This document shows, piece after piece, positions 9,972 to 23,685 of a stretch of 64,000 bases of DNA. The notes below the pieces were generated by a model. It was not told where the DNA came from. It was given only the letters and a program-made list of their open reading frames with translations, and did not search any database. Within the stretch, counting starts at the first letter, position 1. Each line of letters begins with the position of its first letter. The DNA comes from Alphaproteobacteria bacterium (GTDB lineage: Bacteria; Pseudomonadota; Alphaproteobacteria; Bin95), in contig CBDBGH010000003.1 of assembly GCA_965205265.1 (NCBI GenBank), positions 4,672,001 to 4,736,000 on the forward strand, given 5' to 3'. The position numbers were made by a program, and so were the translations under genes.

Positions 9972-11537
9972 TCATGCGGGTTCGGCGCGGATGTCGAGAA
10001 GGTTGCGCGCGTCGCGCCCGCAGGCCACGCCGACCAGGTGGACCGGGCCGTCGTGATCGGCGTATTTCTCCGCATAGCCCCGTTCGCGCATCTGCGCCAG
10101 CGCCGCATCCAGCGCGGCCGCGCCGCCGTCCTCGGTCTCCGCCATCTTGAACTCGATCACGAAGACCTGCCCGCCGAGCCGCAGCACCATGTCCGCCCGG
10201 CCGCGGGAGGAGGCCTCCTCCACCCGCAGGTCGGCGCCGACCGCACGCAGGCACATGTAGAGCAGGCTCGCATACCACGCCTCGTAGCGCGCGAGGTCCC
10301 CCGTCGCGTGCCACTGGTAGGGGATGCCCGACAGCCACGCACGCAGCGTCGCGCCGAAGCCCGCGAAGTCGTGCGCTTCCAGAAGCGCACAGAACTCCCG
10401 CCCCTGCTCCAGGGGCTCGGCGCCCTTCTTGCCCAGCCAGGCCAGCAGCCCGTCGTTCAGGCTGAGCCGGACCTCGAGGTTGGGATAGTCCAGCCGGTAG
10501 AGGATCCGGTGCCCCCGCCGCTCCTCGCCCGCGATGGTGAGGTAGCCGGTCTGGAAGAGCAGGGCCTCGATGCCGATGTCCCCGACATCGAACTTCGAGA
10601 CCAGCGCCGTGTCCGCCAGCCGCCCCTCCAGCTCCATCGGGCTCACCGACTGCTCCATCAGCATCCGGAACAGGAAGTCCGGAGACCCGGTCTCGAACCA
10701 CCAGGGGCGGAACTCGCGGCTGTCCAGCAGCAGCAGAACGTCGTAGGGGTTGTAGACCGGCTCCCCGCCGCGCCAGCGGTAGCCGTCGTACCAGGCGCGG
10801 ATCTCCTCCCGATCCAGCCCGTCGAGTTCCGGGCCGAACACTTGGTCAAGGTCCTCGTCCCGGTAGCCGCAGATCGCGGCGTAGCGCGGGTCGAGGCTGA
10901 TGTCCTTGAGGTTGTTGAGGCCCGAGAACAAGCTGACCTTGGAGAACATGCTCACCCCGGTGACGAAGACGAAGCGGACATGTTCGGCACTGTCCTTGAC
11001 GATGCCGTAGAAGCCCCGCAGCCAGTCCCGGTTGGCCCGCGCAAGCTCCGGGTCGTGAAGCACGTCCAGGATCGGCTTGTCGTACTCGTCCACCAGCACC
11101 GCCACCGGACGGCCGGCGGCGCCGTGAAGACGGCGGAGAAGGTTCCGGAGACGCCGCGGGCCGGTATCCGAGGTCCGGGCCGGCGCAAGATCGTGCTCGC
11201 TCTCGATGCCCTCCAGCTGCTCGATGATGTCTCCTTCGATCTCGCCCGGTTCGTTGTACTTTCCGCCGAAGCTCAGCCGCACCACCGGGTGCGGCGCGGA
11301 CCAGTCCCAGTGCGGATGGATGTTCAGCCCCCGGAACAGCGGCTCGTGGCAGGCGAACAGCGACCGCAGCGTGTCGAGCAGAAGGCTCTTGCCGAAGCGG
11401 CGCGGACGCGACAGGAAGTAGTGGCGCCCCTCGTCCACCAGCCGCCGGATCAGCGGCGTCTTGTCGACATAGTAGAAGCCCTCGCTCCGGATCGTCCGGA
11501 AGTCCTGGATCCCGATCGGAAGACGCTGCCGGGTCAT
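9972..11537 (-). CDS. AAA-ATPase-like protein with C-terminal PD-(D/E)XK nuclease domain
   Basis: LPIGIQDF, YYVDKT, SRPRRFGKS (Walker A), LVDEYD, GRADM..VIEFK. Confidence 0.92.
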   Translation of the reverse strand: MTRQRLPIGIQDFRTIRSEGFYYVDKTPLIRRLVDEGRHYFLSRPRRFGKSLLLDTLRSLFACHEPLFRGLNIHPHWDWSAPHPVVRLSFGGKYNEPGEIEGDIIEQLEGIESEHDLAPARTSDTGPRRLRNLLRRLHGAAGRPVAVLVDEYDKPILDVLHDPELARANRDWLRGFYGIVKDSAEHVRFVFVTGVSMFSKVSLFSGLNNLKDISLDPRYAAICGYRDEDLDQVFGPELDGLDREEIRAWYDGYRWRGGEPVYNPYDVLLLLDSREFRPWWFETGSPDFLFRMLMEQSVSPMELEGRLADTALVSKFDVGDIGIEALLFQTGYLTIAGEERRGHRILYRLDYPNLEVRLSLNDGLLAWLGKKGAEPLEQGREFCALLEAHDFAGFGATLRAWLSGIPYQWHATGDLARYEAWYASLLYMCLRAVGADLRVEEASSRGRADMVLRLGGQVFVIEFKMAETEDGGAAALDAALAQMRERGYAEKYADHDGPVHLVGVACGRDARNLLDIRAEPA

Positions 11538-12132
11538 TGCCCTCTCCCTGCGCAGCGCCGGGCCATGTGGCGCGCGCGGGAGTTTTTCCTGCCGCCGTCC
11601 CGGCACCCTGCATTCCCGGCGACGCTACTCCTTCGCAGGACCCCGGGCAAGCGCCGTTGCCGCGCGGATTCGCATGGCGTGGAGGCGTGGCAACGAATTC
11701 CTGTTTGCAACGGGCCGCTGTTTTTCCTAAACACAAGGAGGTTGAAAGGCTCGCTGCCGCTGTTCTGCGGTCGCCATCAAGTCCGGCAAGGAAGGTCGAG
11801 GTCATGACGGCCACCGTGCTGACACGGATTTCGTATTCTGTGCAATCGCGGGGGTACGGGGGGCTGAGTTCGGTGGTCTGTTCGCCGTTCGCCGCCATCA
11901 CTTCCTGAACGAACGAATACGGAAATCGCGCTCGAATGCCCGTCAGGTTTGAACCAAAGAGACCAGACGGGTCGTTGCCGATCCCTTCTGCTCGGCCCTT
12001 CCCGCTCATACTCATGCGGATTCGACGCGGTTGTCGAGAAGGGTCCGCGCCTCGCGCGCCCTGGCCAGCTGCGGGCATCGCTCCGGCTCACGCCCAGCGC
12101 ATCTTGTGCCTTGCTGGCGCCGACTTTACGTA

Positions 12133-12320
12133 AGAGCCTGACCCGAAAAGAGTTGAGCGGTTTCAATGGTTTGTGATTCTGTTCGGTTACGAAGCAGAAC
12201 GGAGCCACGCATGCCCTGGACCGAAACCGCTCGCCGGGAGTATCGGCGGGACTGCCCGCGCTATGCAAGCGATATGACCGACGGTGAATGGGCGCCGATC
12301 GAGCCCTTCATGCCGTCGCC
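12133..12320 (+). pseudogene. IS5-family left end and transposase N-terminal fragment
   Basis: MPWTETARREYRRDCPRYASDMTDGEWAPIEPFMP from 12211, then truncated. Confidence 0.75.
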
Positions 12321-13095
12321 CTGCCGAGAGAGTTCTGCCGGCGCATCGGCTGGCTCAAGCCCGACGGCGACCTCAAGGACATGATGGCCAAGGTGACCAT
12401 GCTCGTCATGCACCGCGACGGCGTGATCGAACTGCCGCCGCCAAGGGGCAAGCAGGGCCGACCCAGGCCCATCGTCTTCGGACCCGATACCGAGCCGCCG
12501 CTGTTCCCTGCCCCGAAGACCCTCGACGAGGTGCGCCCGCTCGACATGCGCATCGTCGTGCGCAACACCCGCGAAGGAAAACTCTGGAACGAGTTCGTCG
12601 CCCGCGACCACGATCTCGGCTACAAGCCCCTGGTCGGCGCCCAGATGCGCTACGCCGTCCATGACCGAAACGGCTCGCCGCTCGCCATGCTCGGCTTCTC
12701 CACCGCCGCATGGAAACTCGCCCCGCGCGACAACTTCATCGGATGGACGCCCGAGACGCGCGAGAAGAACCTGCCGATGGTGGTCGACAACCCGCGCTTC
12801 CTGATATTGCCATGGATCGCGGTCCCCAACCTCGGCTCGCACATCCTCGCCATCGTGCGACGACGCCTGCCCATCCGACTGGACCGAGCGCTACAACATC
12901 ACCCCCGTGCTCATCGAGACCTTCGTCGAAACCCCGCGCAACACCGGCGCCGTCTACAACGCGTCGGGCTGGACCCGCGTCGGCGCCACACAGGGAAGAG
13001 GACGCTACGACCGCAACAAGCTCTGCGACAAACCCAGAAAAGACATCTGGCTCCGGCCCCTCCGGCGCAATTGGCAGCGAACCCTCAATCGCTGA
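12321..13095 (+). pseudogene. DUF4338-domain protein fragment (5' truncated, frameshift near 12875)
   Basis: LWNEFVARDHDLGY..GAQMRY, RDNFIGW, NPRFLILPW..PNLGSHIL; continues in another frame as LIETFVE..GAVYNASGW. Confidence 0.75.
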
Positions 13096-13246
13096 TCAGT
13101 GTCGCGTTCCACGGCTCGCCCGAAGGCTTACGGCCAGCCGGGCGAAGCAAGAAGACTGTAGCCTTTCTCCGTGATCTGGCGAACGATGTCCTTCGCCTTG
13201 CAGCGACAGCCCCCAGACGGTAAGCATCCGGTGTGGACCGCAGACG

Positions 13247-14180
13247 ATGAATTGCGTGGACTTCCGCCACCGGGACGATTTGCGGGCGGAGCCGCAGGTC
13301 GGCGCCGCGCCCCTGCTCTACGCCGCCCATTTCCGGGGCGGAACGCTGGTCTGGCCGAAGGCGATGCGCAAGCCGAACGCGATTCGCGTCTCGGAACGCA
13401 GCCGGAAATGGCTGTGGCCGAACCGCGGCAGCTACGTGGTGACCCGGCGGTTCACGGCCAAGGAAGAGCGGCGGCGCGTGGTGGCGTCGGTGTATGATTC
13501 GGACCTGCCGGGCGGGCTGGTCGGCTTCGAGAACCACCTCAATGTATTTCATGCCGGCCGCGAGGGCATGGAACGCGACCTGGCGCACGGTCTTGCGCTG
13601 TATCTGAACAGCAGTCTCGTCGACCGGTACTTCCGGCAGTTCAACGGCCACACCCAGGTCAACGCGGCAGATCTGCGGTCGCTGCGGTATCCGGATCGTG
13701 CGACGCTGGAGCGTCTGGGGCGTGCGCATGGGGACGGTGCGCCGCCGCAACGGGACATCGACGCAGCGATTGAACAGGAGGTCGCCGACATGGCGGAAGA
13801 CGGGAACCCGCTCGAAGCGCAGCAGAAGATCGAGGATGCGCTGGCGATCCTCACGGCGCTCGGCATGCCGCGCGGCCAGCGGAACGACCGCTCCGCGCTG
13901 ACCCTGCTCGCGCTCCTCGACCTCCGGCCGTCGGGTGCCTGGCAGGACCTGCGGCGGCCGCTGATGGGCATCGCGCCGATCATGGACTACACGCGCGAAC
14001 ACTATGGGCGGGAGTACGCGCCGAACACGCGCGAGACATTCCGCCGGCAGACCATGCACCAGTTCGTGGAAGCTGGGATTGCGGTCTACAACCCCGACGA
14101 TCCCGGGCGGCCGGTGAACAGCCCGAACGCCTGTTATCAGATCAGCGAAGAGGCGGTGCGCGTCATCGCCACCTGGGGCG
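13247..14180 (+). pseudogene. BsuBI/PstI-like R-M remnant: MTase C-terminus in frame with REase N-terminus
   Basis: GFENHLNVFH, YLNSSLVDRYFRQFNGHTQVNA, then YAPNTRETFRRQTMHQF..RPVNSP; both ends truncated. Confidence 0.8.
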
Positions 14181-14817
14181 CCGATGGCCGCCAGCCGCGC
14201 GGAGGGCGCGTCGCCCCGCGCGCGGGCCCCTCCCGTGGACTACGGGGACAAGCTACCGCCGAGGCCCGTGGTGCATTTTTACTCCGCCGCTCTGGCGCAT
14301 AATCCCGCCGCCGTTGACACGGGCGCCTTCCCGCCGCCGTCATCATGTGCACGAACCGCTTGTCCGCGCTCGATCCCGTCGTGCGGCGAAGGGCAGCAGA
14401 CATCCTGCCGTTTGGGCGACCGGACGATCATCAGCGCGGTGCCGTCCTCGGCCCGCCCCTAAAGGAACTCGGGCTTACCGAACAGCATGTGGACGCGCTC
14501 GTGGCGGCAACGGGTTCGCGCGATGGGCAAGCCTATGGTTTTACCTTTTCCGATCTGACGCAGCGGCTCCTGCCCGCGATCGTGCTGGATGCCTATCCGG
14601 GGCAGCCGGTCGGCGCAGCGCGGACGCTGGACCTTGCGAAGCAGATGACGCCTACGCCGCCGTTCAAGGATGGCAACTCATGAGCGCGACGGGTGGTACG
14701 GGAACCGGGATCGTCCGAGACGTCAGGTCGCTTCGAAAGCGGCCATTGACCGGCACGATACCCTGAAGGTAACCAGATTCGCCGCAGAAGACGCCGAATC
14801 GACCCGTGCTTCGGCGA

Positions 14818-15573
14818 TCAGTGTTCGGAGTTCGAACGGAACACTGCATCGAGAGTTGGCGCATCAAGCACGGCATCGAGCCACCGGTCGAGCTGTTTGA
14901 GGTCGGCACTGGCAATGCGCGCCCGGGTAACATCGGGCAGGCGGCCGAAGCGGCGATCAAGCAGCCGAGCAAGCGTTTCGGACTTGCCTTCTGCCAGACC
15001 TGCGGTCTTTCCCTCGGCGATCCCTGCGGCCTTGCCCCGTGCTTCGCCCTGTTCGAGCCAGACCTGGGCTGCGGTTCCCATCAGTGCCTCCACTTCTTCG
15101 GGGTCAGTGCCGGCGCGCTTGAGCGCGGCCTCGATGCGCTCGGGCGACAGGCTGACCTGTTCAGCGATGTAAAGTAGCATGTAGCGTCCGAACTCGCTAT
15201 CGGAAATCGCCACCACCAGCGCGTCGGCCTCCGCCTCGGTGACATCGTCGGCGAAGGCCCGGGCCAGCGCGAGCAGGGCGCTGCGCACGGCCGCGTCTGT
15301 CGAGAGATCGTCCGGGTCCATGCGGGAGAGATCGTGCAGCGCGTAGGTTCCGAAGGCGCGGGCGAGATGGTCGAGACCCTCGGGGGCGTCGATCATCTCC
15401 GCGATCGAGAGCGGCACGGTCCACGGTTCGCGGCCGTTGAAGAAGACCATGGGGATGACCAGCGGCAGCCGCCCGGCGGGCAGGTTTCCACTCTCGATGT
15501 CCGCCATCCAGAGCCGCAGGACGTAGCGCATCAACTGAAGCGGCGTGCGGGCATCGGCTCGTGCCTTATGTTC
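14818..15573 (-). pseudogene. Rpn-family (Transposase_31-like) nuclease, C-terminal part
   Basis: EHKARADARTPLQLMRY, PLVIPMVFFNG..W, GEARG repeats, DUF4351-like tail. Confidence 0.85.
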
Positions 15574-15859
15574 TAATGCCGCAAAAATTTTAATGCCGCG
15601 TTTCCGGTATCAGCCCCTTGCTGCACTTGGGTTTCGGGTCCGGAAAACGCGGCATTAATCGGTGGCTTCACAGGGTACCCGTTCCGCTTGATTGCGGCGC
15701 GTCAATCAAGCTGAGACGTTTGCGTCAATCAGGATGAGACGGGGGAAGGCGGCGGCCTGGAACGCAGGGAGGGCGTAGCCCGACCGGAGTTCCGGGCCGC
15801 CGGCTCGAAAAATTTCCCCCGGGCCTTCTGGCGGCCAGGGCCGGCCGGGCGAACGGTGA

Positions 15860-18228
<2,369 letters not shown>

Positions 18229-18552
18229 GCCGCCGCCTGCTCAGGTAGAGCGGCCACGACAATCAGGGCCCGCGGGGATCGTCTCCGCGCGCCGTCTCTT
18301 CTCCGACCCGACGGCCTGCCGCGACAATCAAAACCATTCCCGAAAACACTGTTTGTCGCGCCGCGACAATCAAAACCGGAAACCGCTTGCAATCCACCCC
18401 CCGCGCGGCAATCATCAACTCGCCGCTGCCGCCGGGAATCTCATCCTGATTGACGCGCAGCTCTCACCCAGATTGTCGCGCCATACGCTTGATCGCACCC
18501 GGCTGGCTGCGACTGTGCTCTCCATGGGTCAACAGGCACATGGAGAGTTATC

Positions 18553-19809
18553 ATGCCATCAAAGACCAATCACGATGCTGCCGCCCGCCTTGGCGTGAGT
18601 TGGCTGACGCCGTTGCGGGCGTCGTTTCTGGCCGACCTGAAACGGCAGGGCTATGCGCCGGCGACCGTTCGGGATTACGCGACGTCGCTCAAACGGTTTC
18701 AGGAGGAGATCGAGGCCCGCTGGCTGGGTGCCAACGACCTGGACGCCGGAACCCTGAGGGATGTGGAGGACGCCATTCTGGCCTGTTCTTCTGCGGCTCC
18801 CCGGCGCCATCGACGTTTCCATCTCCGCCGATTCGTCACCCACTTGGCGGCCGAGGGGGTGATCGCCGCACCGCCGGTTCCGGAACCGCCTCCCGGTTGG
18901 CTTGAGGAACTGGGCCGGACCTACGGTGACTGGCTGTGCCGGCACCGGGGCCTGGTACCGTCCACGATCCGGTATCGCCGGTGGTTCCTGAAGCGGTTCC
19001 TGACGTTCTGCTTCGGGGGAAAATCCGGTGATCTCAATGGTATCGGCGCTGCCGACATCCGGGCGTTTCTTGACCTGCCGCCGGGTCGGCCCTCGACCGG
19101 ACCGGGCCTTGCCAGTCGGGCAGACAGCCTGCGCTGTCTGTTCCGGTTCCTGTTCGCCACCGGCCGGACTCACGCCGACCTGAACCTGTGCGTACCGAAG
19201 GTCGCAGCGCCGAGCATGCATGGAGCCGCCGTCGGCCATCTCTCGGCAGAAGACATTGCGGCCCTGGCCGAAGCCGTCCGTGGCGACACCGTGCGCGCAC
19301 GCCGCGACCTCGCGGTGCTGCTGCTGCTGGCCCGGCTCGGGCTGCGGTCGCAGGAGGTCACGGCGATCCGGCTGGCCGACATCAACTGGCCATCCGGAAC
19401 CCTTCTGGTGCGCGGCAAGGGCGACCAGCATGCCGTCATGCCGTTGCCCGTCGATGTCGGCGAGGCAGTTGTGGACTACCTCCTGAACGGCCGGGCCGGA
19501 TCGGAACAGCGTCTGTTTGTTTCGGTACGGGCGCCGTACCGGCCGTTCCGAGGTTCGAGCTTCATTCGCAGGATGCTCCAAGAGGCGTTCGCCAAGGCCG
19601 GCCTGGCGGTGCCGGAGGGCGGGGTTCGCTGCCATCTGCTGCGCCACAGTCTCGCCGCCCAGCTGCTGGACCGCGGTGCGTCGCTGGAGGAGACCGGCGA
19701 CGTGCTGCGCCACCGACTGGCGCGGACCACGACAATCTATGCCCGCTACGGCATCGGAGCCCTGCGGCCGTTGGCCCGGCCCTGGCCGGCACCGGGGGAG
19801 GACGACTGA
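18553..19809 (+). CDS. ritA: RIT tyrosine recombinase A
   Basis: LGLRSQE, HLLRHS, LRHR..TTTIY. Confidence 0.88.
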   Translation: MPSKTNHDAAARLGVSWLTPLRASFLADLKRQGYAPATVRDYATSLKRFQEEIEARWLGANDLDAGTLRDVEDAILACSSAAPRRHRRFHLRRFVTHLAAEGVIAAPPVPEPPPGWLEELGRTYGDWLCRHRGLVPSTIRYRRWFLKRFLTFCFGGKSGDLNGIGAADIRAFLDLPPGRPSTGPGLASRADSLRCLFRFLFATGRTHADLNLCVPKVAAPSMHGAAVGHLSAEDIAALAEAVRGDTVRARRDLAVLLLLARLGLRSQEVTAIRLADINWPSGTLLVRGKGDQHAVMPLPVDVGEAVVDYLLNGRAGSEQRLFVSVRAPYRPFRGSSFIRRMLQEAFAKAGLAVPEGGVRCHLLRHSLAAQLLDRGASLEETGDVLRHRLARTTTIYARYGIGALRPLARPWPAPGEDD

Positions 19810-20759
19810 TGACCAGCTTCACGGATCGTCTCGACCAGTGCCTGGCGGAACGCCGCCGCTACGGTGGTAACTGGCTGTCCCAGGCCCGATCGGTCCGACC
19901 GTTCGCCGCCTTCGCCGACCGCCAGCGCGCGGACCGGATCACGACCGAGCTGTTCCTGCGCTGGAAGGAGGGGTACGGATCCGCCGGCCGGTCGACCTGG
20001 ACGGTGCGGCTGGCGGCCGTGCGCGTCTTCGCCACCTGGCTGAAGGGCATCGACCCGCGCACGGAAGTTCCGCCCCTGGGACTGGTCCCGGGCAGCTCCC
20101 GCCGGGCGCGGCCCTACATCTTCTCCGACACCGAGATCCGCAGCATCGTGGCCGAGGCGGATCGGCTGCCTTCCTGTACGGGACTGCGCGGACTGACGTA
20201 TTCCACGCTGTTCGGGTTGCTGGCCGTCACCGGCATGCGTATCGGCGAGGCCGTCGCGCTGGACGGGCGGGACATCGGTCTCGATGCGGGCCTGATCCGG
20301 GTTCGCCATGCCAAGGGCGGCCGCAGCCGCACGGTACCGATCACCGGATGTACGGCCGAGCGCCTGCGGGAGTACCGCGTCAGGATGACGGCCGTCCTCG
20401 GCCGCACCCCGGACGCCTGGTTCTGCGGCAGCATGGCCGGGAACCGGATGCTCCGGGGTACCGCGCAGCAGAACTTCGCCAAGGTCGGCCGCAGGCTCGG
20501 ACTGCGGCCGCCGCAGGTGAAGGGCCGCACCGTGCGCGGTCCGCACCTGCATGACCTGAGACACACCTATGCCACGAGGACGCTGCTCGACTGGTTTCGG
20601 CGGGGCCAGGACGTCGACGCCGAGATGTACAAGCTCAGCACCGTACTCGGCCACACGTGTCCCGGCGGCACCTACTGGTACATCGAGGCCGTACCGGAAC
20701 TGCTGGCCCTGGCCAGCGAACGCTCGGGAACCGCACCCGACCGGAGGGCCGGATCATGA
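19809..20759 (+). CDS. ritB: RIT tyrosine recombinase B
   Basis: TGMRIGE, HDLRHT, LGH..TYWY..PELL. Confidence 0.88.
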   Translation: MTSFTDRLDQCLAERRRYGGNWLSQARSVRPFAAFADRQRADRITTELFLRWKEGYGSAGRSTWTVRLAAVRVFATWLKGIDPRTEVPPLGLVPGSSRRARPYIFSDTEIRSIVAEADRLPSCTGLRGLTYSTLFGLLAVTGMRIGEAVALDGRDIGLDAGLIRVRHAKGGRSRTVPITGCTAERLREYRVRMTAVLGRTPDAWFCGSMAGNRMLRGTAQQNFAKVGRRLGLRPPQVKGRTVRGPHLHDLRHTYATRTLLDWFRRGQDVDAEMYKLSTVLGHTCPGGTYWYIEAVPELLALASERSGTAPDRRAGS

Positions 20760-21751
20760 GCGGGCACCCATTGGCCCCGCATCTGGCAGACTTCTTCCAT
20801 CATCGCCTGAACGGGCAACTCAACGCCAGCGAACATACGGTGAAGAGCTACCGGGACGCCATGAAGCTACTGCTGACCTTCGCTCAGAAGCAGCTGGGCC
20901 GCGAGCCGATGCGGCTGGAAGTCGAGGACATCGATGCCGATCTCGTCTGCCGGTTTCTGGACCATCTCGAGACGGACCGGAAGAACAGCATCGCCAGCCG
21001 AAACATCCGGTTGGCCGCCATCCGCTCCTTTTTCACGCATGTCTCCCGCTGCGAGCCAGCCCTGCTCGATCACTGTCGGAAGGTGGGCTTGCTGCCCGGC
21101 AAGCGGCAGCGCAAGCCGACGGTCCAGCATCTCGACGAGGCCGAGATCCAGGCCCTGCTCGATGCCCCGAACCTCGATACCCGCACGGGCCGGCGGGACC
21201 GGGCGATCCTGCTGCTGCTGGTACAGACCGGACTGCGGGTCGGTGAGCTGATCAATCTTGACCTCGGCAACATCAGCCTCCAGGGTCAGGCCAGTGTCTT
21301 CTGCCTCGGCAAGGGACGCAGGGAACGCTCGACCCCGCTCCGGCAGGATACCGTGCAGGTGCTCAGCGAGTGGATGGAGGAACGGGCCGCCGGCGCCGGC
21401 GACCCGCTGTTCGTGAGCAACCGGAATCGGCGACTCAGCCCCGACAGTGTCCAGCAACTGGTGCGCCGGCATGTCGAACGGGCGGCCCGACAGTGCCCGT
21501 CACTATCGGCCAGGCGGATCACTCCGCACAGCTTGCGACACACCGCAGCCATGCAGCTTCTGCGTCATGGCCGGTCAATCACCGTTATCGCCTTGTGGTT
21601 GGGACACGAATCGACCATGACGACGATGAAATACCTGCATGCGGATCAGAGGATCAAGCAGGAGGCCATGGAACTGACGCGGCCAGCGGACGTCCCACCG
21701 GGGTGCTACCAGCCAACTGACGAGGTGATGGCCATGCTTAACGCCCTGTGA
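20756..21751 (+). CDS. ritC: RIT tyrosine recombinase C
   Basis: TGLRVGE, HSLRHTAAM, IALWLGHES..TTMKY. Confidence 0.88.
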   Translation: MSGHPLAPHLADFFHHRLNGQLNASEHTVKSYRDAMKLLLTFAQKQLGREPMRLEVEDIDADLVCRFLDHLETDRKNSIASRNIRLAAIRSFFTHVSRCEPALLDHCRKVGLLPGKRQRKPTVQHLDEAEIQALLDAPNLDTRTGRRDRAILLLLVQTGLRVGELINLDLGNISLQGQASVFCLGKGRRERSTPLRQDTVQVLSEWMEERAAGAGDPLFVSNRNRRLSPDSVQQLVRRHVERAARQCPSLSARRITPHSLRHTAAMQLLRHGRSITVIALWLGHESTMTTMKYLHADQRIKQEAMELTRPADVPPGCYQPTDEVMAMLNAL

Positions 21752-21841
21752 AGCCACCGATTAATGCCGCGTTTTCCGGACCCGAAACCCAAGTGCAGCA
21801 AGGGGCTGACACCGGAAACGCGGCATTAAAATTTTTGCGGC

Positions 21842-21881
21842 ATTGGAACATTTATGCCGAATTCGGCATAAATGTTCCAAT
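21842..21881. repeat. Perfect 40-bp palindrome at the RIT right end
   Basis: ATTGGAACATTTATGCCGAA|TTCGGCATAAATGTTCCAAT. Confidence 0.95.
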
Positions 21882-22120
21882 AATGCGTACACCGTGGCCG
21901 AGGCGCCGTCCTTCATCCGCACCCGGAAGATGGCGTCCGCCTGCGTGGCCCGGCCGTCGCCGTCGATGGCGGTGCCCTCGATGTGTTCGGGCGCATGGTC
22001 GGGGTCGAGCCGTTCGCGGACCTCGGGCGGCAGGTCGTCGCGAAGCAGGGCCGCGGCGCGTCCGGGATCGGAGACGAGCTGGCGGAACAGGGCGTCGTGC
22101 CGGGCCGGGGGCAGGGGCAT
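21872..22120 (-). pseudogene. Rpn-family nuclease, N-terminal part
   Basis: MPLPPARHDALFRQLVSDP...QADAIFRV...VYALLEH. Confidence 0.85.
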
Positions 22121-22164
22121 GCGGGGTCTCCAGACGGTCTCAGGTTGCGGCGGCGACCTGTGCA

Positions 22165-23469
22165 CTACGGCAGAGAGTGCCCGTGACATGGCTCCCGGGC
22201 AACACGGGAATCGCCTGCGGTCGGTGCCGCCGGGGCCATCAGGGCCTCGATCCGGTCGGCGATCCGTTGGGCCGGCTCGCGCAACTGGGCGAGGGTCCAG
22301 TCGGCGGCATAGCCCTCGGTCACGTCGTTGGGCCGGGCATGGTTGACCAGTCGCTTGGTCAGCGAGGGCGGCAGCATCAGCTCGCGCTCGGCGACGGTGA
22401 TGAAGCAGTTGCGCAGCCCGTGAAACCAGAACTTCGCCCCGCCGGCCTTGCCGATGCGGGTGTAGAGATGGTGCGGATCCTGCACATGGCCGGTCGCGCT
22501 TGTGGGCGACGGGAACACCCACTCCCGAACCCAGTCGGGCAGGTCTGCGGACGCCGCCCGGCGCCGTTCGAGAATAGCCGCGAGCTGCCGGGTGACGGGA
22601 AGCTCCAGCGGAACGCCGGTCTTGGTCTCCTCGACCCGGAAGGCGAGGGCCTCGCTGTCGATCCGCTCCCAGCGCAGGGTCAACACCTCCTCGCGGCGCA
22701 TGCCGGTGTAGAGCCCGAACCAGAGCGCGTCGCGGATCGCCGGGTTGTGGACCTCGACCTCGATGCCCCGGCGCCAGCACGGCAGCACTTCCGAAGGCGC
22801 CGAGATCTTGCGCCGCGCCTTGCGGTGGAACTTGCCGCCGCCGGCAAGCCAGAGATCGACCGGATTGCGCAGTCCCTCCTGGTCGACGCAGGGCCGGCGA
22901 TAGATCGAGCGCAACAGCGACATCGCCCGGTTGGCCGGCGACCAGCCGTGGTCTGCGGTGATGCGGTTGAAGCGGGCCTCGACGTCCCGGCGGGCGATCA
23001 GGTCGAGGGGACGGGCGAGCCAGTCGCCGAGATAGCGGTTTGCCTCGTAGCGGTAGAGTTCGTCGGTGCGCTTCGACCGCTCGGGATTGGCCTTCATGTA
23101 GTCCTCGAAGGCCTCGCCGAGCGTGGGCATGCGGCGGGCCTCGGCGCGCTCCTCGGCCGGATCGTTGCCGCCGGCAACCTTGCCGAGGATCTCCTGCGCC
23201 TTCCTGCGCGCCTGGTCGACGGTGACCGCGCCGAAGCGGCCGAGCGAGACGCGCTTGTTGGGCGCCTTCCGGCCGCCGTCGCCGACGCGGTAGTTGACGA
23301 TGAAGGTCCGGGTGCCCGCCGGGTGGATGCGGACGCCGAAGCCGGTCAGCCGGTCGTCCCAGGCGATCCACGAGCGCTCGGCAGGCTGGAGCGTCTCCAC
23401 GGAGCGCTTGGTGAGTGTCGTGCGCACCCTGGCGGTGCGTTTTCCGGAAGTCGGTTGCATGGGGGGCAT
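22165..23469 (-). CDS. Tyrosine integrase with arm-binding (DUF4102-like) domain
   Basis: WDDRLTGFGVRI, YTGMRREE, HGLRN, LVNH..TEGY; start codon approximate. Confidence 0.9.
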   Translation of the reverse strand: MPPMQPTSGKRTARVRTTLTKRSVETLQPAERSWIAWDDRLTGFGVRIHPAGTRTFIVNYRVGDGGRKAPNKRVSLGRFGAVTVDQARRKAQEILGKVAGGNDPAEERAEARRMPTLGEAFEDYMKANPERSKRTDELYRYEANRYLGDWLARPLDLIARRDVEARFNRITADHGWSPANRAMSLLRSIYRRPCVDQEGLRNPVDLWLAGGGKFHRKARRKISAPSEVLPCWRRGIEVEVHNPAIRDALWFGLYTGMRREEVLTLRWERIDSEALAFRVEETKTGVPLELPVTRQLAAILERRRAASADLPDWVREWVFPSPTSATGHVQDPHHLYTRIGKAGGAKFWFHGLRNCFITVAERELMLPPSLTKRLVNHARPNDVTEGYAADWTLAQLREPAQRIADRIEALMAPAAPTAGDSRVAREPCHGHSLP

Positions 23470-23640
23470 CGTGCCACCGCGCAAGCGAAACGTCAACACT
23501 TGCGTCAACACGCGGAATCAACTTCCAGCTGTCGCCATCTGTCAGGGGTCGCGGTTGACAAACCGCCAAAGGCATGCAATACCTTGGTTTATCATACTCC
23601 AGCGCACGTCAGGCGGCGTGATGCGCAAATCTCCGCGAGA

Positions 23641-23685
<45 letters not shown>

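Noticed and set aside
12321-13095. Druantia defence system
   Set aside because: Only a truncated, frameshifted DUF4338 fragment; no DruE or other partners, and this domain is common in transposon contexts.
21761-23575. 604-aa ORF
   Set aside because: Alternate frame of the integrase running into the Rpn N-terminal fragment.
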